Positions 31,394-39,269 of a stretch of DNA of 64,000 bases are shown here, in pieces. The notes beneath the pieces are model-generated. The model saw only the letters and a list, made by a program, of their open reading frames with translations. It searched no databases and had not been told where the DNA came from. The position numbers were made by a program, and so were the translations under genes. Position 1 is the stretch's first letter; each line of letters starts with the position of its first letter. Source of the stretch: a virus; the IMG/VR virus record IMGVR_UViG_3300023174_000061. One strand, given 5' to 3'.

Positions 31394-33080
31394 TTTTCTT
31401 TCTTCTGGAAATCAACCAACAGAAATAAAATTTACAGATACGCAAACTACTTTAATTGTCGGTGCAAATGGTTCAGGTAAGAGCACAATGTTGGATGCTC
31501 TTTGCTTTGGATTATTCAATAAAGCATTTCGTAAAATTACAAAAGGGCAATTAGTCAATTCGACCAACGAAAAGGAATGTTTGGTTGAAATTGATTTTAG
31601 TATTGGAACAAAGGAATATAAAATAAAAAGAGGTATTAAACCAACTATTTTTGAAATTTGGATTGATGGTGTCTTGCAAAATCAAGCAGCATCATCAACA
31701 GACCAACAAAAACAACTAGAAGATAGTATTTTAAAATTAAACTATAAGTCATTTACTCAAATTGTAATTTTGGGTAGTGCTTCTTTTGTGCCTTTTATGC
31801 AATTATCTACGGCAAATCGTAGAGAAGTTGTAGAAGATTTATTGGATATAAAAATCTTTTCTGCAATGAATGCAGTGATTAAAGATAGAATTAAAAATAC
31901 AAATGATAAAATTAAAGAATTTTCTTTAAAGCAATCTATGACCGAAGAAAAGGTTGAGATGCAAAAGGAGTTTATTGAAAGTATTGAAAAAAGTGGTAAA
32001 GAAAATATAGAAAAGAAAAAAGATAAAATCACTTCTATTACCACTTATATCGACCAATTAACAGCAGAGAACGTGCAGAAGGTAGAGGAAGTATCAAATA
32101 ATCTTCAACCCCAATTAGAGAACCTTTTAGACGCATCTAAAAAGTTAAAACAACTTTCAAACTTAAAAGGTAAAATATCTGAAAAAGTATCAAGCATTAC
32201 AGAACAACATAAGTTTTTTAATAATAACTCGGTATGCCCTACTTGTACTCAAACCATTGAAGAAGAATTTAGATTAAATAAAGTAAGTGAATCTGAAACC
32301 AAAGCAAAGGAACTTCAGCAAGGTTATAATGAATTAAAAGAAGCAATTCAACAAGAGGAAAAAAGAGAACGTGAATTTAATGTCGTTTCAAAAGAGATTA
32401 GTTCTTTAAATAATGAAATTTCTAATAACAATGTTAAAATTTCCCAACTTAATAAACAATCAAAAGACCTGGACCAGGAAATTCAAGACATTACCAACAA
32501 AATTAAAAACAGAAATACTGAAAGAAAAGTATTAAATGAATTAGAACAAACTTTAGATTTAATTCAAACTGAAAAAGCAAAGAATAAAGAAGATGTTTCT
32601 TATTTTGACTTTGCCCATTCCTTAATGAAAGATGGTGGTATTAAAGGTAAAATTATTAAGAAGTATCTTCCTCTTATGAACCAGCAGATTAATAAGTATC
32701 TGCAGATGATGGATTTTTATATTAATTTTACTCTTGATGAAGAGTTTAATGAAAAAATCAAATCTCCTATTCACGAAGACTTTACATATGAAAGTTTTAG
32801 TGAAGGTGAAAAGATGAGAATTAATCTTGCTATTCTTTTCACTTGGAGAGAAATCGCAAGAATGAAAAATTCAGTCAATACCAATCTCCTTATTTTGGAT
32901 GAGGTATTTGATAGTTCTTTGGACTTTATGGGAACGGACTACTTTACAAAAATTATTAAGTATGCGATAAAAGATACTAATATATTTGTGATTTCACATA
33001 AGACAGACGAATTGATTGATAAGTTTGATAGAGTTGTTAAGTTTGATAAGGTTAAAGGATTTAGTAAAATGGTTGACTGA
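31362..33080 (+). CDS. gp46: Recombination ATPase gp46 (Rad50-like)
   Basis: GANGSGKST, zinc hook CPTC, FSEGEK signature, LLILDEVFD. Confidence 0.96.
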   Translation: MILFKRIAYRNFLSSGNQPTEIKFTDTQTTLIVGANGSGKSTMLDALCFGLFNKAFRKITKGQLVNSTNEKECLVEIDFSIGTKEYKIKRGIKPTIFEIWIDGVLQNQAASSTDQQKQLEDSILKLNYKSFTQIVILGSASFVPFMQLSTANRREVVEDLLDIKIFSAMNAVIKDRIKNTNDKIKEFSLKQSMTEEKVEMQKEFIESIEKSGKENIEKKKDKITSITTYIDQLTAENVQKVEEVSNNLQPQLENLLDASKKLKQLSNLKGKISEKVSSITEQHKFFNNNSVCPTCTQTIEEEFRLNKVSESETKAKELQQGYNELKEAIQQEEKREREFNVVSKEISSLNNEISNNNVKISQLNKQSKDLDQEIQDITNKIKNRNTERKVLNELEQTLDLIQTEKAKNKEDVSYFDFAHSLMKDGGIKGKIIKKYLPLMNQQINKYLQMMDFYINFTLDEEFNEKIKSPIHEDFTYESFSEGEKMRINLAILFTWREIARMKNSVNTNLLILDEVFDSSLDFMGTDYFTKIIKYAIKDTNIFVISHKTDELIDKFDRVVKFDKVKGFSKMVD

Positions 33081-33101
33081 CCTTTGGTTTTTTGGTATGA
33101 T
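33073..33101 (+). promoter_or_regulatory. Sigma70-type early/middle promoter
   Basis: TTGACT-N17-TATGAT. Confidence 0.65.
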
Positions 33102-33115
33102 TGGTAAAGATTACT

Positions 33116-33526
33116 ATGACTTTCTTTACTATGTTTGGACCTGAGGACGAAAAAAATTTTAATGAGTTTACAGTAAAACTCGATGAAATAACTGGTTTAA
33201 TTGATGTTACAAAAACTCCTGTGAATATGCCCGAAAATAAAAATGCTAATGGTTTCTGGAAATACAATGAAGATAAAATCCTGAAACAACTAGAACACTA
33301 TATTGCTGGTACTTATAGTCAGCATTATGTAGATAGAACTGGTGGTGGAACAGAACAAACCCTCGATAAGATTAAACACAATCGTCGTGAAGGATTTTGT
33401 GCTGGTAACATTACCAAGTATACTGACCGATATGATACAAAAGGAACTCCTCGTGCTGACTTGTTTAAAGTTCTGCACTATACTATTCTTTTGATTAATC
33501 ATCTCAATCTTGTTGAAAATAAGTGA
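33116..33526 (+). CDS. Conserved hypothetical protein (DUF3310-like); start uncertain
   Basis: KYNED.IL..L..YI..TYSQHY and GFC.GNI.KY..RY..KG motifs. Confidence 0.65.
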   Translation: MTFFTMFGPEDEKNFNEFTVKLDEITGLIDVTKTPVNMPENKNANGFWKYNEDKILKQLEHYIAGTYSQHYVDRTGGGTEQTLDKIKHNRREGFCAGNITKYTDRYDTKGTPRADLFKVLHYTILLINHLNLVENK

Positions 33527-33543
33527 AAATTAAACCCCAAACT

Positions 33544-34209
33544 ATGAAACTTTCTGAATCTACTATTACTATTCTAAAAAACTTTTCTTCAATCAATCAG
33601 TCTATTTTGGTTAAGGAAGGTTCTAAACTCCGCACAATTTCTGTGATGAAGAATATTCTTGCTGAAGCAGAAATTAAGGAAGAATTTCCAAAGAACTTTG
33701 CGATTTATGACCTCAACCAATTTCTGAATGGATTAGGACTACATCAAGACCCTGACCTTGATTTTGAAAATGATTCTCACGTTATTATTCGTGAAGGAAA
33801 ACGTCGTGTAAAGTATTTCTTTGCTGACCCAGAAGTTATTGTATCTCCACCAGATAAAGAAATTACACTTCCATCTAGTGATGTTTGTTTTCAACTAGAG
33901 CATTCACAACTCGATAAACTCATCAAAGCAGCAGCAGTTTATCAACTTCCCGACCTTTCTGCTGTTGGTGAAGCAGGTGTAATTCGTTTGGTTGTTCGTG
34001 ATAAGAAGAATGATACTTCTAACGAATACTCTATCGTTGTTGGAGAAACCGATAAGGAATTCACTTTCAACTTTAAGGTAGAAAACATCAAGATCATTCC
34101 TGGTTCTTATGATGTGGTCGTGTCGGAAAAACTTCTGTCTAAATTCACAAATGAACGTTATAACCTTTCTTACTGGATCGCTTTGGAACCTGACTCCAAT
34201 TTTTCTTGA
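33544..34209 (+). CDS. gp45: Sliding clamp gp45
   Basis: MKLSE.T..ILKNFS.IN.S, FAIYDLNQFL, YWIALE motifs. Confidence 0.95.
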   Translation: MKLSESTITILKNFSSINQSILVKEGSKLRTISVMKNILAEAEIKEEFPKNFAIYDLNQFLNGLGLHQDPDLDFENDSHVIIREGKRRVKYFFADPEVIVSPPDKEITLPSSDVCFQLEHSQLDKLIKAAAVYQLPDLSAVGEAGVIRLVVRDKKNDTSNEYSIVVGETDKEFTFNFKVENIKIIPGSYDVVVSEKLLSKFTNERYNLSYWIALEPDSNFS

Positions 34210-34289
34210 TTTTTAATTTTATATTATGAATATTTTACATTTGTAAGTATTCTTTTTTATAAATAGTTATGTAGTTGGAAGACAATCAA

Positions 34290-34871
34290 ATGTATTGCTT
34301 GGAATGTAATTCTCCTCTTGGAAAAAGACAAAAAAAATTCTGTTCTTGTAAATGTATGAATGTGTATAATGCAAGAGAATTTGGTATGAAGCACCGAGAA
34401 GAAAATCCAAATAGATACAAAATTTGTGAAGAATGCAATCAATCATTAAATCTCAATAAGTTTAGTTTAATTGAAAAATGGAATCCAAATTCTGACACTA
34501 AAAATACTTGTAAAAAATGTTCCGCAAAATTAAATGAAAAAAATAGAAGAGATAGAGATTGGAAAGTTGATGCTGCCAGACTTCTTTATAGTAATATAAA
34601 ATCAAGATGTAAAAGATTAGGAAGAGAATTCTCTATTGAGATGGAAGATATTATCATTCCAGAAAAATGCCCTGTATTTGGATTTGAATTAAAAAGAGAA
34701 GATAGGCAAACTTGGATGTGTGCTCCAAGTGTTGATAGAATAGACAGTTCCAAAGGGTACATAAAGGGAAATGTTACAGTTGTCAGCAGAAGAGCAAACA
34801 TCATCAAAAGAGATGCTACATTAGAAGAGTTAGAACAATTATTTAATTATTACAAAACTTTGAGGAACTAA
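34290..34871 (+). mobile_element. Free-standing His-Me finger (HNH/endoVII-like) homing endonuclease with Zn-finger N-terminus
   Basis: CxxC clusters; CPVFG...PSVDRIDSSKGYIKGNV.VVS.RAN.IK; own late promoter TATAAATA at 34258-34265. Confidence 0.8.
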
Positions 34872-34873
34872 CT

Positions 34874-35413
34874 TTGAATATATTCGTTAATGATTTGTGC
34901 CCCGTTCTTTCTGCGGTGGCACTTCCTGACAAATTAGTAACAAAAATGCCTGTTGAGACCTGTCAGATGATTTCCGTCATCTACTCTAAATGGTATTATA
35001 ACTGGGGAACTATTCCCAAAAAGGATGGAACCCCTTATAGTACTGAGAAGGGAGCATTCCGAAATCATCCTTGTACTGTGTGGGCAGCAGAGAACTATGA
35101 AAACCTTGCCTGGTTAATTCGGCACGGTTATGCTCTTTGTAATGAGTATCGGCATCGTTATGGTAAAGTTCATTCTTGCTTTGATAGTCTTTTAGCAGCA
35201 GAAGTTATCTTTCTGGATAACTCGCAAGAAAGTCTTGAGATTTATAAGAATGTAAAATCTTTTACTCGTGCTATGCCTGATGAGTTCAAACTTGATGAAA
35301 GTATTGATACTCCAACAGCATATCAAAAGTATGTTGCGTCTAAACCTTGGGTAAAGGACAATTACCTAAAAATTCCTGATAGAATGCCAAATTGGATTTA
35401 TAATTATGCGTGA
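34874..35413 (+). CDS. Pyrimidine-dimer DNA glycosylase / DenV-family-like protein (TTG start)
   Basis: MNIF...A..LPDK...KM..ETCQM, NHPCTVWA, LCNEY..RYGK.H, AMPDEFK motifs; RBS GAGGA. Confidence 0.75.
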   Translation: MNIFVNDLCPVLSAVALPDKLVTKMPVETCQMISVIYSKWYYNWGTIPKKDGTPYSTEKGAFRNHPCTVWAAENYENLAWLIRHGYALCNEYRHRYGKVHSCFDSLLAAEVIFLDNSQESLEIYKNVKSFTRAMPDEFKLDESIDTPTAYQKYVASKPWVKDNYLKIPDRMPNWIYNYA

Positions 35414-36350
35414 AGATTTTTTGTGGGTGGAAAAATACCGTCCAAAAACTATTGAAGATTGTATTCTTCCTGATAACATCAAGAAGACTTTTAATGACTT
35501 TCTAAATAAAGGTGAAATTCCAAATTTGCTTCTTGCTGGTCCTCCTGGTGTTGGTAAGACTACAGTAGCAAAAGCACTATGTAATGAATTAGGAGTAGAT
35601 TTTTATGTCATTAACGGATCCGACGAAGGACGTTTCCTGGATACTGTACGAAACCAAGCAAAGAACTTTGCTTCGACCGTCTCACTTCAAGGAACTGGTA
35701 AACACAAAGTCATCATCATTGATGAAGCTGATAACACAGGCAACGACGTACAACTCTTACTACGGGCGAATATTGAGGCATTTTATAACAACTGCCGATT
35801 TATCTTCACCTGTAATTACAAAAACAAAATCATTGAACCCCTCCACTCCCGATGCGCTGTTGTTGAGTTCAGCATTAGAGGAAAAGAAAAAGCTCAGTTG
35901 GCGGGATCCTTCTTTAAGCGTTTACAAGATATATTGGATGCAGAAGGCGTCCGATATGATCCGAAAGTACTTGCCCAACTGATAAATTCTCATTTTCCTG
36001 ATTGGAGGAGAGTTCTTAATGAGTGCCAAAGGTACTCTGTTGCGGGAGAAATAGATAGTGGAGTTCTTGCATCTTTTTCTGATGTTGCTGTAAATGACCT
36101 TATTACTCATCTCAAAAGTAAAAACTTTTCTGAAGTCCGAAAGTGGGTGGTCGCCAACTTGGACAACGATCCTGCTGTCGTTCTTCGTAGGGTGTATGAC
36201 GCCTGCTATGATTGTCTTTCACCCCAAACTATCCCTGCTGCCGTTCTTATTGTTGCTAAGTACCAATACCAAATTGCGTTCGTGGCTGACCAGGAAATTA
36301 ACCTATTAGCAGCACTTACAGAAATTATGTGTGAGTGTAATTTCAAATGA
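35406..36350 (+). CDS. gp44: Clamp loader large subunit gp44
   Basis: LWVEKYRP, GPPGVGKTT, IIIDEAD, PLHSRC motifs. Confidence 0.97.
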   Translation: MREDFLWVEKYRPKTIEDCILPDNIKKTFNDFLNKGEIPNLLLAGPPGVGKTTVAKALCNELGVDFYVINGSDEGRFLDTVRNQAKNFASTVSLQGTGKHKVIIIDEADNTGNDVQLLLRANIEAFYNNCRFIFTCNYKNKIIEPLHSRCAVVEFSIRGKEKAQLAGSFFKRLQDILDAEGVRYDPKVLAQLINSHFPDWRRVLNECQRYSVAGEIDSGVLASFSDVAVNDLITHLKSKNFSEVRKWVVANLDNDPAVVLRRVYDACYDCLSPQTIPAAVLIVAKYQYQIAFVADQEINLLAALTEIMCECNFK

Positions 36351-37012
36351 AAAGAAATCAAAAAGTAGTTGTATTTAAATATGTTGAAAATAATTTTTTA
36401 TACGGTAATTTGATTTTAGTTTGTAGTGCTTTTGGTGGTGAACATTGGTATCTTAAGGTAAGAAAAATTAAAGAAAATACACTTACATCTAAGATTGATA
36501 TCAATAAATCTTTAAAGTTGACAGCACAAGAAGTTGATATTAATAGTCCAAGATTAAAAAATGCTGCTTTAGAAGTTCTAGCAGAAATTAAATCACAGCA
36601 TTATAAGCAGTGTGATGAAATATTTTATGATGAAGATATGAGATTTCTCAATAGGCAAATGTCGTTGGGGAGGATATCTGAAGATAAATTTAAAAATCTA
36701 ATGATGCATAATGGATACGAAGTTTTAAAACCAGTTGAAGATATTTGGGGATATGATTTTATAGTCAAAAGGGGAACTGTTTATGAAACAGTTCAGTGCA
36801 AATGTACTGCTAGACTTCAAAAACATTTTTCTATACAAAATAAAAAAGGAATACCATATAAGAATATGGTATCTCATATGGCATTTGTTCATTTACCTTC
36901 TTCTGAGGTTTATTATGTTCCTACAAAAATTCTTCCCGATACTACTAAGGTGAGATTGGATCATAGTTATTTGAAATATAAAGTTGGACTTTCTATTGGT
37001 GATGAACAATGA
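36347..37012 (+). mobile_element. PD-(D/E)XK endonuclease (I-Ssp6803I/PDDEXK_5-like), probable free-standing homing endonuclease
   Basis: G..SE..F......GY.V..P......YDFIV........VQCK motif; inserted between gp44 and gp62 with ATGA overlaps on both sides. Confidence 0.6.
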
Positions 37013-37167
37013 GACCTGAAACAAGAGAGGCAATGGAAATGCTTTTTACTGCTAAGTGGAATCTCCCAAAGGCAGCACAGTATTGTAATCTTACTCATAA
37101 GGAATGTAAGATCGTTTTTAATGAGTATTGTAATTTTCATCCAGCAACTTATACGAATGAAAATTGA
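37009..37167 (+). CDS. Small conserved hypothetical protein (52 aa; below ORF-track cutoff)
   Basis: MRPETREAMEMLFTAKWNLPKAAQYCNLTHKECKIVFNEYCNFHPATYTNEN; overlaps both neighbours. Confidence 0.65.
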   Translation: MRPETREAMEMLFTAKWNLPKAAQYCNLTHKECKIVFNEYCNFHPATYTNEN

Positions 37168-37543
37168 ATTGAAGGATTGGTTGAACTCAATCAATCAAAA
37201 TAAAAAGAATATTATGGACGAAGACCCTTCCTCCATAAAGGAGTATGCTCCTTATATTATTAATAGATGTTTATCGGGACATATTGATTGTTTAATGTAT
37301 GCAAATGAGATGAATAAGTTCTCCTCATTGGATAAAAAACTTCAATATGATTTTTTTATAAATATAATCAGGAAAAAGAAGAGATTCTCTCCTTGGTTAA
37401 AACAAGAAAAAATTAAAGACCTTGAAATTGTTAAATCTTACTATGGTTATAGTAATGAGAAGGCAAAGCAAGCTTTGAGAATTCTAACAAAAACACAACT
37501 AGATTTTATAAAATCAAAACTTGAAACTGGAGGAACAAAATGA
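37157..37543 (+). CDS. gp62: Clamp loader small subunit gp62
   Basis: LKDWLNSIN, PYIINRCLS, ANEMN, YYGYSNEKA motifs; likely start MKIELK. Confidence 0.92.
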   Translation: MKIELKDWLNSINQNKKNIMDEDPSSIKEYAPYIINRCLSGHIDCLMYANEMNKFSSLDKKLQYDFFINIIRKKKRFSPWLKQEKIKDLEIVKSYYGYSNEKAKQALRILTKTQLDFIKSKLETGGTK

Positions 37544-37983
37544 GTGTTGTAAATGAACCTATTGTGATTTGGTCGCAAGACCAAATGGTTGAAGTGATTT
37601 TGAATGAACCTGATGATTTTTTGAAGGTTCGTGAAACACTCACTCGTATTGGTGTCGCATCACGTAAAGAAAAAAAGATTTATCAATCTTGCCATATTCT
37701 TCATAAGCAAGGTCGATACTATCTCGTACATTTTAAAGAACTGTTTGCACTCGACGGCAAACACGCAAATCTTACTGTAAATGACGTACAACGTCGTAAT
37801 CGCATTATTCAACTTCTTGCTGATTGGGGATTGATTACAATCGTCAAACCAGAAGGTATTACTGATATTGCTCCATTAAATCAAATCAAAGTTCTTGCTT
37901 ACAAGGACAAAGCAGATTGGATTCTGGAGACCAAATACAATATTGGTGCTAAAAAGAAAAGGGTAGAAGAGGAAACCGAATAA
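37540..37983 (+). CDS. regA: Translational repressor RegA
   Basis: DDFLKVRETLTRIG, QSCHILHKQGRYY.VHFKELF.LDG motifs. Confidence 0.97.
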   Translation: MSVVNEPIVIWSQDQMVEVILNEPDDFLKVRETLTRIGVASRKEKKIYQSCHILHKQGRYYLVHFKELFALDGKHANLTVNDVQRRNRIIQLLADWGLITIVKPEGITDIAPLNQIKVLAYKDKADWILETKYNIGAKKKRVEEETE

Positions 37984-37984
37984 G

Positions 37985-38016
37985 AAAATGGGGAGAACAA
38001 CACTCCCCATTTTTTA
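37985..38016 (+). terminator. Intrinsic terminator after regA
   Basis: AAAATGGGGAG-loop-CTCCCCATTTT followed by a T tract. Confidence 0.8.
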
Positions 38017-38089
38017 TGTTCTTTGATATATACTAATGATGTTGCCTTCGGGGACATTATAAACTTACAGACGCTCAAGGAGGTCTATT

Positions 38090-38533
38090 ATGTTCGGAAC
38101 AAGTTCGCTTACACTCTCAGTACCAGAAACTGCAAAGTATCTGATGGAGATTCAAAGAAATAGTATTGGATTGGATGAGTGGTTTAAAAGGTTTGATACT
38201 GCGTATGAATCGCATACCAACTATCCACCATACAATCTAGTAAAAGAAAGTGGTGTTGATTTCAGATTAGAAATTGCACTTGCTGGATACAAAAAGGAGG
38301 ATATTAGAGTATCTACAGAATGGAATAAACTCTCCGTAGAATCGGGGAAAGTTCGTAATTCTGAGGACGAATATATTCATCAAGGATTAGCAAAGAGAGC
38401 ATTTATTCGCACCTGGACTCTTTCTGATGATGTGGAAGTTAAAGATGTTTCTTTTGAGGATGGATTACTTACTATTAAACTGAATAGAGTCATTCCAGAG
38501 CATCAGAAAAGGAAAGTGTATGAACTTAAATAA
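38090..38533 (+). CDS. hsp20: Small heat shock protein Hsp20 (IbpA-like)
   Basis: NYPPYNL, EIALAG, HQGLAKRAF.R, FEDGLL.I.L...PE motifs. Confidence 0.93.
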   Translation: MFGTSSLTLSVPETAKYLMEIQRNSIGLDEWFKRFDTAYESHTNYPPYNLVKESGVDFRLEIALAGYKKEDIRVSTEWNKLSVESGKVRNSEDEYIHQGLAKRAFIRTWTLSDDVEVKDVSFEDGLLTIKLNRVIPEHQKRKVYELK

Positions 38534-38567
38534 ATAGTAGTGGGCTACTCACAACTATTGTTGCCGC

Positions 38568-38612
38568 AGGGGAGCAACTGGCAAAATCCAGTTGACGCTC
38601 CCCTATTTTTTT
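38568..38612 (+). terminator. Long hairpin/terminator overlapping the -35 box of the next promoter
   Basis: AGGGGAGC-AACTGG-loop-CCAGTT-GAC-GCTCCCCT followed by a T tract. Confidence 0.7.
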
Positions 38613-38620
38613 GCTATAAT
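38592..38620 (+). promoter_or_regulatory. Sigma70-type promoter for the gp43 operon
   Basis: TTGACG-N17-TATAAT with a TG extension. Confidence 0.75.
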
Positions 38621-38641
38621 TAAAACAGGTATGTGAATAAA

Positions 38642-39067
38642 ATGACTGTAAAACTCGCAATATTAAAATCTGGTGAAGATGTAATCGCAGACATTAGGGA
38701 AGCAATTTCAGAAGAAACAAATAAAATTGTTTCTTATATTTTTTCTGACCCTTATGTTGTTAAACTAACTCAACCACAAGTTTTGATGGAAGATTTGGAG
38801 CAACCAGAAAACAGAGCATATAATATTTCAGTCTATCCTTGGATGCCTTTATCTGATGATACTGATATTGCGATTAACCCAGATTGGGTGGTTACAATTG
38901 TAGAACCAGCAGCAACTTTAAAAAAATCTTATGAGGATAGAATGAATGGAAGAGGAAATCGCAATGTCGATGGATCAAATGATGGGAGAACCATCGGAAG
39001 AACAGGTGATGTCGGATCCGACAATTCAAGTTCTAGTCTTAATGAATCAGTTGAATTTAATCACTGA
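38642..39067 (+). CDS. Conserved hypothetical protein (Sm-like fold suspected)
   Basis: VKLAILKSGEDVIADI...PW.PLS...WVVTIVEP pattern. Confidence 0.7.
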   Translation: MTVKLAILKSGEDVIADIREAISEETNKIVSYIFSDPYVVKLTQPQVLMEDLEQPENRAYNISVYPWMPLSDDTDIAINPDWVVTIVEPAATLKKSYEDRMNGRGNRNVDGSNDGRTIGRTGDVGSDNSSSSLNESVEFNH

Positions 39068-39269
39068 GATTCGAGAAGTATTAGTTGATTTTGGAGAACC
39101 AAATTGTAAATTAACAAAACCATATTTGATTTCTGATGATGGAACCCTTTCTCCTTGGTTAAAGAGAATTACAAATGATGAAGAAATTATGATGAGTTCA
39201 GATAAGATTTTAACTCTTGTCGAACCAACTGGAAAATTACTTGATGAATACACTGAACTTACAAAATGA
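38946..39269 (+). CDS. Conserved hypothetical protein, paralog-like of the upstream gene; start uncertain
   Basis: GEPNCKL.KPY...LSPWL...SDKILTLVEP pattern; ATGA overlap with gp43. Confidence 0.7.
   Translation: MEEEIAMSMDQMMGEPSEEQVMSDPTIQVLVLMNQLNLITEIREVLVDFGEPNCKLTKPYLISDDGTLSPWLKRITNDEEIMMSSDKILTLVEPTGKLLDEYTELTK

Noticed and set aside
37357-37364. TATAAATA inside gp62 as a late promoter for regA
   Set aside because: It can be explained by F-I-N-I codons in an AT-rich gene. Possible, but unsupported without TSS data.
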